NCBI GenBank assembly: GCA_046726415.1
Contig: JBKPAK010000143.1
Span: 1 to 38,818, forward strand
Direction of reading: 5' to 3'
Length of the DNA: 38,818 bases
Source of the DNA: Candidatus Methylomirabilota bacterium
GTDB lineage: Bacteria; Methylomirabilota; Methylomirabilia; Rokubacteriales; CSP1-6
Made by a program: the position numbers and the translations under genes
Part shown: one piece after another, positions 30,387-38,818 of the stretch
How the letters are laid out: every line of letters begins with the position of its first letter
Numbering within the stretch: position 1 is the first letter of the stretch
Notes under the pieces: model-generated
Told to the model about the DNA's origin: nothing
The model's input: only the letters and a program-made list of their open reading frames with translations
Database searches by the model: none

Positions 30387-31664
30387 TCAGCCCGCCATGA
30401 TCTTCTTCATCTCCTTGTCGCCCCAGGCGACGGCCTCCTTGGTCGGGGTGCCCGTGACCGCCTTGGCGATCATGTTTGGAAGGATGAAGGAGTTTGTGAT
30501 GAGCTGGACCTTGTCACTGGGCGGGGCGGGCCAGCCGTAGCAGTGGAACTGGACGCCCTCCTGCTTGAGGGCGGCGAACTTCGGGTCGGTCTTGAGCACC
30601 GGGTGATCCAGCAGGCTGGCGTAGACGGGCAGGTTGAAGGCGTCGCCCGACATGATGTACTCATCGTAGACTTCCTTCTTGCCGAGCAGATAGCGGATCC
30701 ACTCCTTGGCTGGTCCGATGTTCTTCGAGAACTTCCAGATCCCGATGTGACGAGGGACGTCCGTCTCGTGTCGCTGGCCGTTGGGCCCGGCCAGGCTCCT
30801 GTGATGGTTGATGCCGTCGGCGGTGACGAGCTTGGTGTTGCGGGCCACGATGTAGGCGCTCACCGGGTTGTGAATCCAGCCCGCCTTGCCCTGCTGGAGC
30901 GACTGGTTGTTGCTGGCGTCGTCCCACGAGAGCACCTCGGGTTCCATGCAGTCGCGGAACATCTTCTTGTACCACTCGATCATCTGCTCGGCGGCGGGAG
31001 AGTTGATGCGGACCGTCTTGCCATCCTTGTCGACCTCCATGCCTCCCAGGCTCCAGAGGACGGGGCTCGCCGTCGAGATCGTGTCGTAGTTCTGGGAGAT
31101 GGGGATGCCTACCGGATGCCCCATCTTCTTCAGCTCCTTGCCGACCGTGTACAGGTCCTCCCACGTGTCGGGGACCTTGAGGCTCGCCTTCTTGAAAAGA
31201 TCCTCCCGGTAGCTGGCAACGAAGAACGTGTGGTACTGCGGGACCGCCCGCCAGACCCCGTGGACGTTCGCCGTCTCCTGCGAGGCCGGGAGAGCCTTCC
31301 CGTACTTCTTCTCCAGATCGGCCACCACGTCGGACACGTCGGCGAGTTGGGGCTCGTAGAGCCACGGGAAGTGCATGCGCATCTCGACCAGGTCGTGACC
31401 GGCCTGGGTCTGCACCTCCGAGGCGTACTTGGCGGCTTGCTGAGGCGCGGCGATGTGGTCGATACGAATCTTGATGCCGGTGTCCTTGGTGAAGCGCTGG
31501 CCGATCTCGGCCAGCTTCTTGTCGGAAGCGGGGGCGAAATTGTTCCAGCACAGGTACAGAAGCTCGCGCTGCTGGGCGCGGGCCGGCGGAATGCCGGTGG
31601 CCAGGATGCCAGCGAGGCCGGTGCCGGCGGTGGCGACGAACTTACGGCGCGTGACCGGTGTCAT
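30387..31664 (-). CDS. Carbohydrate ABC (CUT1) substrate-binding protein, Tat signal
   Basis: TRRKFV Tat motif, YREDLF, VPDTWEDL, WDDASNN; GGAGGAG SD. Confidence 0.92.
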   Translation of the reverse strand: MTPVTRRKFVATAGTGLAGILATGIPPARAQQRELLYLCWNNFAPASDKKLAEIGQRFTKDTGIKIRIDHIAAPQQAAKYASEVQTQAGHDLVEMRMHFPWLYEPQLADVSDVVADLEKKYGKALPASQETANVHGVWRAVPQYHTFFVASYREDLFKKASLKVPDTWEDLYTVGKELKKMGHPVGIPISQNYDTISTASPVLWSLGGMEVDKDGKTVRINSPAAEQMIEWYKKMFRDCMEPEVLSWDDASNNQSLQQGKAGWIHNPVSAYIVARNTKLVTADGINHHRSLAGPNGQRHETDVPRHIGIWKFSKNIGPAKEWIRYLLGKKEVYDEYIMSGDAFNLPVYASLLDHPVLKTDPKFAALKQEGVQFHCYGWPAPPSDKVQLITNSFILPNMIAKAVTGTPTKEAVAWGDKEMKKIMAG

Positions 31665-31723
31665 AGCTCCTCCACGTTGAGCAAGCGATCAGGATCGGTG
31701 GCGCTGCGAGCGAGCCTGGCCGG

Positions 31724-31753
31724 ACTTTAGACAGACGCCGGGCCAACTGTCAA
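31724..31753 (-). promoter_or_regulatory. Sigma70 promoter of the sugar ABC operon
   Basis: Minus strand TTGACA-18 nt-TAAAGT, 60 nt upstream of the SBP start. Confidence 0.65.
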
Positions 31754-31973
31754 GACAAGGCGGCGGTCAGGTCGGTGCATGCATGTCGTCATGGCGTCGC
31801 TGTCTGGGCCGGGCCAGCGAACGGCGCCGGGATCTCGACGCCGTCTCCGAGATCAATGGTGGATGGAAGCTCGAAGTTCCCGCTCTGCCGTTCGATCAAC
31901 GTGACACCGGCGCACTCAGGTTTCCCTCACCCCGGCAGCGATCGCGCGAATCTTGCCTCCGCGCACCGCGCGG

Positions 31974-33605
31974 CTACTCCCTGGGCTGCCAGTTCTTGAA
32001 GCGCTCGCGCAACACCTTCTTGTCGAACTTGCCGACGCTGGTTTTGGGCACCGCCTCGATGAGTACCACCTCGTCGGGCAGCGCCCACCGGGCGAGTTGG
32101 GGGCGGAGGAACTCGACGATCTCGGCGGCATCGAGCGGCAGGCCCGGCCGGGGCACCACACAGGCGAGCGGGCGCTCCATCCACTTGGGATGTGGGACGG
32201 CGATGACGGCAGCCTCCAGCACCTTGGGATGCGCCATGATCATGTTCTCGACGTCCACGCTGGAGATCCACTCGCCGCCTGACTTGATGAGGTCCTTGGT
32301 GCGGTCCGTGATCTGCAGGTAGCCGTCGGCGTCGATGGTTGCGACATCGCCCGTCTTGAACCAGCCGTCGTCGGTGAAGCGCTCGGCGCTGTCTGGGTTG
32401 TCGTAGTACGCCCGGATCACCCAGGGCCCTCGCACCTGGATCTCGCCCATGCTCTGGCCGTCCCACGGCTGCTCGCGTCCTCGGTCGTCGACGAGCCGGA
32501 TGTCGACACCGGCCGCGACGTAGCCCTGCTTGGCACGGACGGCGTAGCGCTGTTCTTCCGAGCGGTCTCGCATCGCGCTCTTGAGCCGCCCAATTGTGCC
32601 GATGGGCGTCGTCTCCGTCATGCCCCAGGCTTGCATGATGGGGACCTTGAGCTTCTTTTCGTAGTATTCCATGAGACTTCTCGGCACCGCCGAGCCGCCG
32701 CAGGGGACGCAGCGAAGCGACGAGAGATCATAGCCCTCTTTCTCCACCAACTCCTTAACGGCGATCCACACCGTGGGCACCGCGCCGGTGAAGGTGACCC
32801 GCTCGCTCTGGACCAACTCGCAGAGGTCGCGGGGCTGGGGATTGGGGCCCGCGAAGATCTGCGTGGCGCCCACCATCACGCCGGCGTGGGGCACGCACCA
32901 GGCGTTGGCATGGAACATTGGAACGATGTGGAGGATGACGTCGTTCTCGGCCAGCGCGAAGGTGTCGGCCATCGTCATCGCCATGATATGCAGGAACAGG
33001 GCGCGATGGGTGTACACCACGCCCTTCGGATGGCCTGTGGTGCCCGAGGTGTAGCACATGGCGGCAGCGTCCGTCTCCGCCAAGGAAGGCCACGCCCGCA
33101 TCGGCGTGGCGCCGGCGAGCATCGCCTCGTAGTCGTCGAGCCCCGGGATCTCCGCGGTGGGCGTGTCGCGCATGATGACGAAACGCCGGACCGAAGGAAG
33201 CCGGTCGCGGACCCCCGCCAGCAGGGGCCACAGGCTGGCGTCGGCGAAGATTGCGCTGTCCTCGGCGTGATTGATGATGTAGGTCAGGTCCTGTGCCGAG
33301 AGGCGGATGTTGAGGGTGTGCAGCACGAAGCCGGCGAGGGGGGCGGCCCAATACAGTTCGAGGTGTCGGTGGCTGTTCCAGGCGAAGGTGGCCACGCGGT
33401 CACCCTTCTTGAGACCCAGCGCGCGCAGCGCCCCGGCCAGGCGATCGACGCGCTCGAAGAACTCGGCGTACGTGTATCGGAAGAGCGGCTGTCCCGGCAC
33501 GCGGGTGGCGAGGGTCTTCGCGCTCCAGAGTCTTCGGCTGCGCTCGAAGTAGTGGGTGAGCGTCAGCGGATAGTTCATCATCAAGTTGTGAATCGCCGGT
33601 GGCAT
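31974..33605 (-). CDS. Fatty-acid-CoA ligase (AlkK/DmdB-like)
   Basis: MMNYPLTL, WNSHRHLE, YTSGTTGHPKG, PMFHANAW, AWGMTE, DRTKDLIKSGGEWISS, PKTSVGKFDK; GGAG SD before ATG 33605. Confidence 0.94.
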   Translation of the reverse strand: MPPAIHNLMMNYPLTLTHYFERSRRLWSAKTLATRVPGQPLFRYTYAEFFERVDRLAGALRALGLKKGDRVATFAWNSHRHLELYWAAPLAGFVLHTLNIRLSAQDLTYIINHAEDSAIFADASLWPLLAGVRDRLPSVRRFVIMRDTPTAEIPGLDDYEAMLAGATPMRAWPSLAETDAAAMCYTSGTTGHPKGVVYTHRALFLHIMAMTMADTFALAENDVILHIVPMFHANAWCVPHAGVMVGATQIFAGPNPQPRDLCELVQSERVTFTGAVPTVWIAVKELVEKEGYDLSSLRCVPCGGSAVPRSLMEYYEKKLKVPIMQAWGMTETTPIGTIGRLKSAMRDRSEEQRYAVRAKQGYVAAGVDIRLVDDRGREQPWDGQSMGEIQVRGPWVIRAYYDNPDSAERFTDDGWFKTGDVATIDADGYLQITDRTKDLIKSGGEWISSVDVENMIMAHPKVLEAAVIAVPHPKWMERPLACVVPRPGLPLDAAEIVEFLRPQLARWALPDEVVLIEAVPKTSVGKFDKKVLRERFKNWQPRE

Positions 33606-33698
33606 CCATCGTCTCCGAAATCGCCGGGCCGATGCCGAGCGGGTCACAGGATCGTGCCCGTCCGCTCCCTCCGGGGCACCCAGGAGTGATCGCGCTGC

Positions 33699-33742
33699 AC
33701 TTTATCACGCGAAAATCTCCCGCGCGCAGGCCGTGATATCGT
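33699..33742. promoter_or_regulatory. Back-to-back extended -10 promoters
   Basis: Minus strand TGaTAAAGT (33699-33707) faces the ligase; plus strand TGaTATCGT (33734-33742) faces the aldolase/SDR. Confidence 0.45.
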
Positions 33743-33751
33743 GATCCCGCC

Positions 33752-35812
33752 ATGCGTTCCCGCTGGAACGACGAAGAAGCCGCGGGCCTTGACGACCTCG
33801 ACCTTCTCGTCTACGCGTCGCGGCTGATCGGCGCCGAGACCTCACTGGTCGTCTGGGGCGGTGGCAACACGTCGATCAAGGTGACGGAGCGAGACCATCG
33901 CGCCCGCGCCATCCCCGTTCTCCGCGTGAAGGGAAGCGGGTCCGATCTCAAATCGGTGCAGCGCCGGGACTTCCCCGGCGTCCGGCTGGAGGACATCCTC
34001 GCCCTTCTGGAGCGCGACGAGATGGGCGATCAGGAGATGGTGTCCTACCTCGCCCACGGCCTGATGGAGCCGAGCGGTCCTCGGCCGTCGATCGAGACGC
34101 TGCTCCACGGCTTCCTGCCGGCTTACGCCGTGGTCCACACCCACGCCGACGCCATCGTCTCGCTCACCAACAACGACCGCCCGGCGGAAACGCTCAGCTC
34201 CGTGTACGGGAAAGACGCGATCGCCCTCGGCTACCGCCGGCCTGGGTTCCGCATCTCCCGGGAGGTGGCCCGCGCCATCGCGGCCGAGCCTCGGGCCAAG
34301 GCGCTCATTCTCGAACGCCACGGCACCATCACCTGGGGCGACAGTGTCCGCGAGGCGTACGCGGGCACCATCGAGTTGATCTCGCGGGCCGAGGAGGCCC
34401 TTGTGGAGCGCCGGGGCGGGCGCCGCGTCTTCGGCGCTCCGCGCGTGCCCGCGCTCGACCCGCCAGCCCGGCGAGCCATGGCCCTGACCATCGCACCGCG
34501 GCTGCGCGGGCGACTCGGCCGCGAGCGGCGGGTGATCCTCGCCTTCGACGACACGCCGAGGGTCACCGAGTTCGTGGGTTCCGCGCAGGCGCCCCGCGTG
34601 TCGCAGGTGGGACCGGCGACGCCCGACCACACGATCTTCACCAAGCGGGTGGCCTGCTTCGTGGACACCACGGAGGCCGACGATCCAGACGCTCTGCCGG
34701 GGGCCATCGAAGCGAGCGTCGAGCGATATGCGGAGGAGTACACGCGTTACTTCGAAGCGCACCGGTTCGAGGGCGCCCAGCTCCTCGATCCGCTCCCGCG
34801 CGTCGTCCTGGTGCCGGGTCTGGGCATGTTCACGGCCGGCAAGGACCGGCGGACGGCGGGGATCATCGAGGACATCTACCACCACACGATCGACGTCATG
34901 GGCAACGCGCTCGCCTTCGGCCAGTACGTGTCGCTGAGCCCGCGCGACGCCTTCGACGTCGAATACTGGCCTCTCGAGCTGTACAAGCTGACCTTGGCTC
35001 CCCCCGAGCGCGAGCTGGCCCGCCGGGTGGCGCTGGTCACCGGTGGCGCCGGTGGCCTCGGCAAGGCCATTGCGCGGCGCCTGGCCGCCGAGGGGGCTCA
35101 CGTCGTGGTGACCGACGTCGACGCAGGTGGCGCGCGAAAGGTCGCCGACGAGATCGTGGCCGCCGCCGGCAGCGGGAGGGCGCTGGGGCTCCCCATGGAC
35201 GTGACGGACGAGACGTCGGTGCGGACGGCATTCGAGGAGACTGTGCTGGCGTACGGTGGTCTCGACGTCCTCGTCTCGAATGCCGGCATCGCTCACTCCG
35301 CTCCGGTGGCCCAGCTCGCCCTCGCCGACTGGGAGCGCTCGTTTGCCGTGAATGCCACCGGCCACTTCCTGGTGGCCCGCGAGGCCATGCGCATCCTGAT
35401 CGCCCAGGGACTCGGGGGTGCGATGGTATTCGTGGCCACCAAGAACGTGATGTCCCCCGGCAAGGACTTCGCCGCCTACTCGGCGGCCAAAGCGGCCGAA
35501 GCGCAGCTCGCCAAGGTGCTAGCTCTGGAGGGTGCGCCGCACCGCATTCGGTCGAATATCGTGAACCCCGACGCCGTCTTCCAGGACTCAGGCCTGTGGT
35601 CGCCCGACGTCCGCCGGCAACGGGCGGCCGCCCAGGGCATCGCCGAGGAACAGCTCGAGGAGTTTTACCGCACGCGCAACCTGCTGTCCGCTCGCATCCT
35701 GCCGGAGGACGTGGCCGAGGCGGTCCTCTTCTTGGCCTCCGATCGTTCGGCCAAGACCACGGGGTGCACCATCACCGTCGACGGCGGCGTCAAGGACGCC
35801 TTTCCGCGCTAG
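33752..35812 (+). CDS. Bifunctional class II aldolase / short-chain dehydrogenase (YuxG/RhaEW-like)
   Basis: GGGNTSIK, VKGSGSDL, PSIETLLH, HTH, ERHG, TPDH, EYWPLE; SDR half TGGAGGLG, NAGI, YSAAK. Confidence 0.93.
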   Translation: MRSRWNDEEAAGLDDLDLLVYASRLIGAETSLVVWGGGNTSIKVTERDHRARAIPVLRVKGSGSDLKSVQRRDFPGVRLEDILALLERDEMGDQEMVSYLAHGLMEPSGPRPSIETLLHGFLPAYAVVHTHADAIVSLTNNDRPAETLSSVYGKDAIALGYRRPGFRISREVARAIAAEPRAKALILERHGTITWGDSVREAYAGTIELISRAEEALVERRGGRRVFGAPRVPALDPPARRAMALTIAPRLRGRLGRERRVILAFDDTPRVTEFVGSAQAPRVSQVGPATPDHTIFTKRVACFVDTTEADDPDALPGAIEASVERYAEEYTRYFEAHRFEGAQLLDPLPRVVLVPGLGMFTAGKDRRTAGIIEDIYHHTIDVMGNALAFGQYVSLSPRDAFDVEYWPLELYKLTLAPPERELARRVALVTGGAGGLGKAIARRLAAEGAHVVVTDVDAGGARKVADEIVAAAGSGRALGLPMDVTDETSVRTAFEETVLAYGGLDVLVSNAGIAHSAPVAQLALADWERSFAVNATGHFLVAREAMRILIAQGLGGAMVFVATKNVMSPGKDFAAYSAAKAAEAQLAKVLALEGAPHRIRSNIVNPDAVFQDSGLWSPDVRRQRAAAQGIAEEQLEEFYRTRNLLSARILPEDVAEAVLFLASDRSAKTTGCTITVDGGVKDAFPR

Positions 35813-35816
35813 GCTC

Positions 35817-36737
35817 GTGATCGGCGTCGGCGTCCAGATCGGATTTCATCCACCCCGGGAGCAACTCGAGCTGGCCCGGACCATCGAGGCCCTCGGATAC
35901 GATTCGCTCTGGTGCGGGGACCACATCTCTTTTCACAACCAGTACTACGAGGCGCTCACCCTGCTGATGGCCTACGCGACCGTCACCACGCGGGTCAAGC
36001 TGGGGACGGGCGTGTATCTGCTCGCTCTGCGGCCGCCGGCGCTGGCCGCCAAGCAATCGGCCACCGTGGATCAATTTTCCGGCGGGCGACTCATCTTCGG
36101 CGTAGGGGTGGGCGGCGAGAATCCCAAGGAGTTCGAGGTCGTCGGTGTGCCACACAAGGAGCGCGGCGCCCGCGTCACCGAGGCGATCGACGTCGTGCGC
36201 ACGCTCTGGCGCGACACCCCCGCCACCTTCCGCGGGCGCTTCACCTCGTTCGAAAGCGTGTCGCTGGATCCCAAGCCGGTCCAGAGACCCGGACCGCCGA
36301 TCTGGATCGGTGGCCGCTCCGACGCCGCGCTGGCCCGCGCCGGCCGCCAGGGCGATGGCTGGATGTCGTATGTCGTGCAGCCGGATCGCTACGCGCAGAG
36401 CCTGGCCAAGATCCGCGCCGCGGCCGAAGCCGCGAGCCGCTCGGTCGAGCGGTTCACCGCCTCGCATCTGGCCTTCATCACGCTTGGTGCCGACTACGAA
36501 CGCGCGGAGAGCACCTGGGTTCGTGTCCTCTCGCGGCGCTACAATCAGGACTTCGGACCGCTGGCGCGGCGGTACGGCGTCATCGGCACGCCGGCCCAGT
36601 GCGCGGAGCAACTCGCGGCGTTCGCCGAAGCGGGCTGCCGCTACTTCGTGGCCAGCTTCATCGTGGAACCCGAGCGCCAACGCGAGCAGATCGAAACCTT
36701 CGCCACCGACGTCCTTCCGCGCCTCAAGGCGCGCTGA
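35817..36737 (+). CDS. LLM class (luciferase-like) flavin-dependent oxidoreductase
   Basis: GYDSLWCGDH, ATVDQFSGGRLIFGVGVG, PKPVQRPGPPIWIGG, GDGW. Confidence 0.92.
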   Translation: MIGVGVQIGFHPPREQLELARTIEALGYDSLWCGDHISFHNQYYEALTLLMAYATVTTRVKLGTGVYLLALRPPALAAKQSATVDQFSGGRLIFGVGVGGENPKEFEVVGVPHKERGARVTEAIDVVRTLWRDTPATFRGRFTSFESVSLDPKPVQRPGPPIWIGGRSDAALARAGRQGDGWMSYVVQPDRYAQSLAKIRAAAEAASRSVERFTASHLAFITLGADYERAESTWVRVLSRRYNQDFGPLARRYGVIGTPAQCAEQLAAFAEAGCRYFVASFIVEPERQREQIETFATDVLPRLKAR

Positions 36738-36765
36738 TCCCACGGGCCATGGCGGCGCATCGAGC

Positions 36766-36831
36766 AGCGCCACGGCTGAGCCGTGGCGCTCCGAGCGTTG
36801 GGGGGTGTGGGGAGCCATCGCTGAGCGCCCC
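36766..36831 (+). repeat. Palindromic REP-like element, copy 2
   Basis: Perfect AGCGCCACGGC-tga-GCCGTGGCGCT hairpin + CCGAGCG + GGGGGG...GGGGAGCCAT; homologous to 17850-17912. Confidence 0.7.
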
Positions 36832-36837
36832 GGCTCG

Positions 36838-37539
36838 TTGAAGCCGCGGGAGTGCCGCGCGCGCGTCGTCGCCGTTCGCGAGCTGGCGCCCGATGTTCTC
36901 GAGGCCGCGCTCCGGATGGAGGAGCCTCCGGAGCTTCCGTTCGAGGCCGGCCAGTGGGTGTCGATTCCCTTCGGTCCCAAGGCGGTGCGGGCGTACTCCA
37001 TCGCCTCCCCTCCGGCCTCGCCCCAGAGCATCACGCTGACCGCCGACGTCGCACCGGGGGGCATCGGATCCCTGTGGTTCCGTGGCCTCGCCCCGGGCCG
37101 CGAGGTGTCGTTCAGAGGGCCGTTGGGCGGCTTCGTATTCCAGCGATCCGATCCGCGTCAGCCCCTCTTTGTGGCCGAGGAAATCGGGATCGTTCCCATC
37201 CGATCCATCCTGACCGATCTCTACGATTCGGGCGTTCGTCGCTCGGCGTGTCTCGCCTACTGGGCCCCCCGACCCCGCGGGCTCGTCTACGATGCCGAAT
37301 TCCGCGCCCTCACGCGCCGCTGCCCGTCGTTCGCGTATCATCCGATCGTGGGCGCACCCGAGCCCGGATGGACGGGATCTTCGGGCCCCCTGGACGCGCT
37401 GCTGGACGAGCTGTCACCGTCAGTCGAAAATCTCGTGGCCTACGTGGCGGGCGGGGAGCAGACGATCCACCGGGTGCGGAATCTGCTCATGGCCAAGGGG
37501 CTCGCGCGGAAAGCGGTGAAGTGGGAGAAGTTCTGGTAG
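36838..37539 (+). CDS. FAD/NAD(P)-binding oxidoreductase (FNR/Fre-like) with atypical motifs; probable TTG start
   Basis: FEAGQWV, RAYSIAS, GGIGSLW, GPLGGF, AEEIGIVP, C-terminal EKFW. Confidence 0.85.
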   Translation: MKPRECRARVVAVRELAPDVLEAALRMEEPPELPFEAGQWVSIPFGPKAVRAYSIASPPASPQSITLTADVAPGGIGSLWFRGLAPGREVSFRGPLGGFVFQRSDPRQPLFVAEEIGIVPIRSILTDLYDSGVRRSACLAYWAPRPRGLVYDAEFRALTRRCPSFAYHPIVGAPEPGWTGSSGPLDALLDELSPSVENLVAYVAGGEQTIHRVRNLLMAKGLARKAVKWEKFW

Positions 37540-37564
37540 CCGCGGGGGCGCGCGGCCGGCGCCG

Positions 37565-38590
37565 GTGAGAGTCACCTTCCTCTGCCCGCACTTGCGGGTG
37601 GCGGGGGGAGTACGCGCCATCCTGACCTACGCGGACCGCCTGGCCGTGCAGGGCCACCACGTGGAGGTCGTGATCCCTGAGGGGCGATCAGGCGTGGCTT
37701 TCTGGCGCCGGCGCGAGCCGCCCCGAGTAGACTGGATGCCGCGGTTCCGGGCCTGTCTGCGCGCGGTTCCACGGTGGACGGCCGAAGATCTCCCCGAGGC
37801 CGACGCGTTGGTGGCCACCGCGTGGCAATCGGCGGAGCCAGTGGCCGTGGCCCACCGGTCGCGCGGTTCGAAGTTCTATCTCGTGCAGCACTACGAGGGC
37901 CTCTACCACGGTCGGCCCGAAATCGTCGATGCGACCTACCGGCTGCCTCTGCGCAAGATCGTCATTTCTTCCTGGCTCCGCCAGGTGATGCGCGAACGGT
38001 TCGGCACCGAGGCTGACGTACTGGTGACGCCGGTGGATCGCGCGTTGTTCCATCGGGTTCCGGTGACGGTGAGCACGTCCCACCCGCGCCTGCTCATGCT
38101 ACACCACGACTATCCCTGGAAGGGCGTCGCCGACGGCCTGGCCGCGGTGGGCCGCGCTCGCGCGCGTGGCGCGACCTTGCACCTGGTGGGATTCGGCGTA
38201 CGATCGCCGCGCCATGGCACACGCTACGACGAGTTCCACACCAACCCGCCTCAGCAGGAGCTGGCGTCGCTCTACAGCGGTGCCGACATCTACCTGTGTC
38301 CCTCGTGGGACGAGGGACTGGGCATGCCGTCCATGGAAGCCATGGCCTGTGGTGTCGCCCTCGTCACGTATGACAACGGAGGTTGCCGCGACTATGCGCA
38401 CCACGAGGCGACGGCGCTGGTGGCGCGCCGTCGCGACGTCGACGATCTTGCGGACAAGATCCTCGCTCTCTTCCACGAGCCCGCGTTGCGCCGGCGACTC
38501 GCGGAGGCCGGTCGGGAACTGGTGACCACGCGCTTTGACTGGGACAGGGCGGTGAGGCGCATGGAGGCCATCCTGGAAGGACACCCATGA
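37565..38590 (+). CDS. Glycosyltransferase family 4 (GT-B)
   Basis: AGGVR, ATAWQSA, YLVQHYE, WKG, PSWDEGLGMPSMEAMACG (EX7E), FDW. Confidence 0.93.
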   Translation: MRVTFLCPHLRVAGGVRAILTYADRLAVQGHHVEVVIPEGRSGVAFWRRREPPRVDWMPRFRACLRAVPRWTAEDLPEADALVATAWQSAEPVAVAHRSRGSKFYLVQHYEGLYHGRPEIVDATYRLPLRKIVISSWLRQVMRERFGTEADVLVTPVDRALFHRVPVTVSTSHPRLLMLHHDYPWKGVADGLAAVGRARARGATLHLVGFGVRSPRHGTRYDEFHTNPPQQELASLYSGADIYLCPSWDEGLGMPSMEAMACGVALVTYDNGGCRDYAHHEATALVARRRDVDDLADKILALFHEPALRRRLAEAGRELVTTRFDWDRAVRRMEAILEGHP

Positions 38591-38818
38591 CGAGTGGGGA
38601 CATCGCCTACCTCGGACATGATCCCTGGGCGCCCGTGGAAATCCTCGCGCGACGCCGCCCTCGTCAGGACGTCGTGTCACGGTCCCTCGCGCGCGGGGGC
38701 GGAGGTGCCGCAGCGCTCGTGCAGACGAATCACCCGCCCGATCCGCGCCGCCTGGCACATGACGTTCCCGGCGGTGAGGGAGGCGGTGAAGGGAAGCCCT
38801 GCGCCAGCCAGGGCGCGC
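38587..38818 (+). CDS. Possible ORF of unknown function running off the right edge (MTSGDIAYLGHDPWAPVEIL...)
   Basis: ATGA overlap with the GT4 stop, GGAAGGA upstream, open to the window end; no recognisable motif. Confidence 0.3.
   Translation, partial: MTSGDIAYLGHDPWAPVEILARRRPRQDVVSRSLARGGGGAAALVQTNHPPDPRRLAHDVPGGEGGGEGKPCASQGA

Noticed and set aside
29436-31730. Long antisense/shadow ORFs (this 764-aa one, also 19363-21390, 13779-15503, 21989-23599, 33842-35365, 2636-4090)
   Set aside because: They lie opposite clear conserved genes, have no motifs, and are expected from stop-poor reverse frames at high GC
31775-31970. Possible riboswitch or ncRNA between the acyl-CoA ligase and the sugar ABC operon
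   Set aside because: Only short hairpins, no recognisable aptamer core, and it lies upstream of the predicted promoter; an Rfam scan would be needed
36145-36837. Apparent long N-terminal extension or fusion of the flavin reductase
   Set aside because: Out-of-frame overlap with the LLM gene, low-complexity R/S/P sequence; similarity to reductases begins near 36838

Overview
High-GC bacterial chromosomal window; the gene content (many ABC transporters, Tat-signal binding proteins, palindromic intergenic elements) resembles Candidatus Rokubacteria/Methylomirabilota, but that is inference only. In order: 3' end of an Sdh1-type Fe-S subunit, sucC-sucD-ndk, a CX3C-type amidase divergent from a benzoate-CoA-ligase-family gene, a split biotin carboxylase + biotin carrier pair, a polar amino acid ABC operon, a branched-chain ABC operon (frameshifted binding protein, livM-livG fusion), an MFP+RND efflux pair, DinB-family and degenerate M24 peptidase genes, a split FluG/NodGS-like pair (amidohydrolase + glutamine-synthetase-like ligase) separated by a collapsed cNMP-DASS pseudogene, a Tat multicopper oxidase, a sugar ABC operon without ATPase, an AlkK/DmdB-like acyl-CoA ligase, and an aldolase/SDR fusion - LLM oxidoreductase - flavin reductase - GT4 operon. 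No rRNA, tRNA, CRISPR array or transposase was seen. The most unusual signal is in the spacers: most longer intra-operon gaps are spanned by 12-53 aa mini-ORFs whose stop overlaps or abuts the next start, and often whose start overlaps the previous stop. They derive from degenerate duplications of the gene junction, a dispersed palindromic element, or collapsed genes, which suggests translational-coupling relays.
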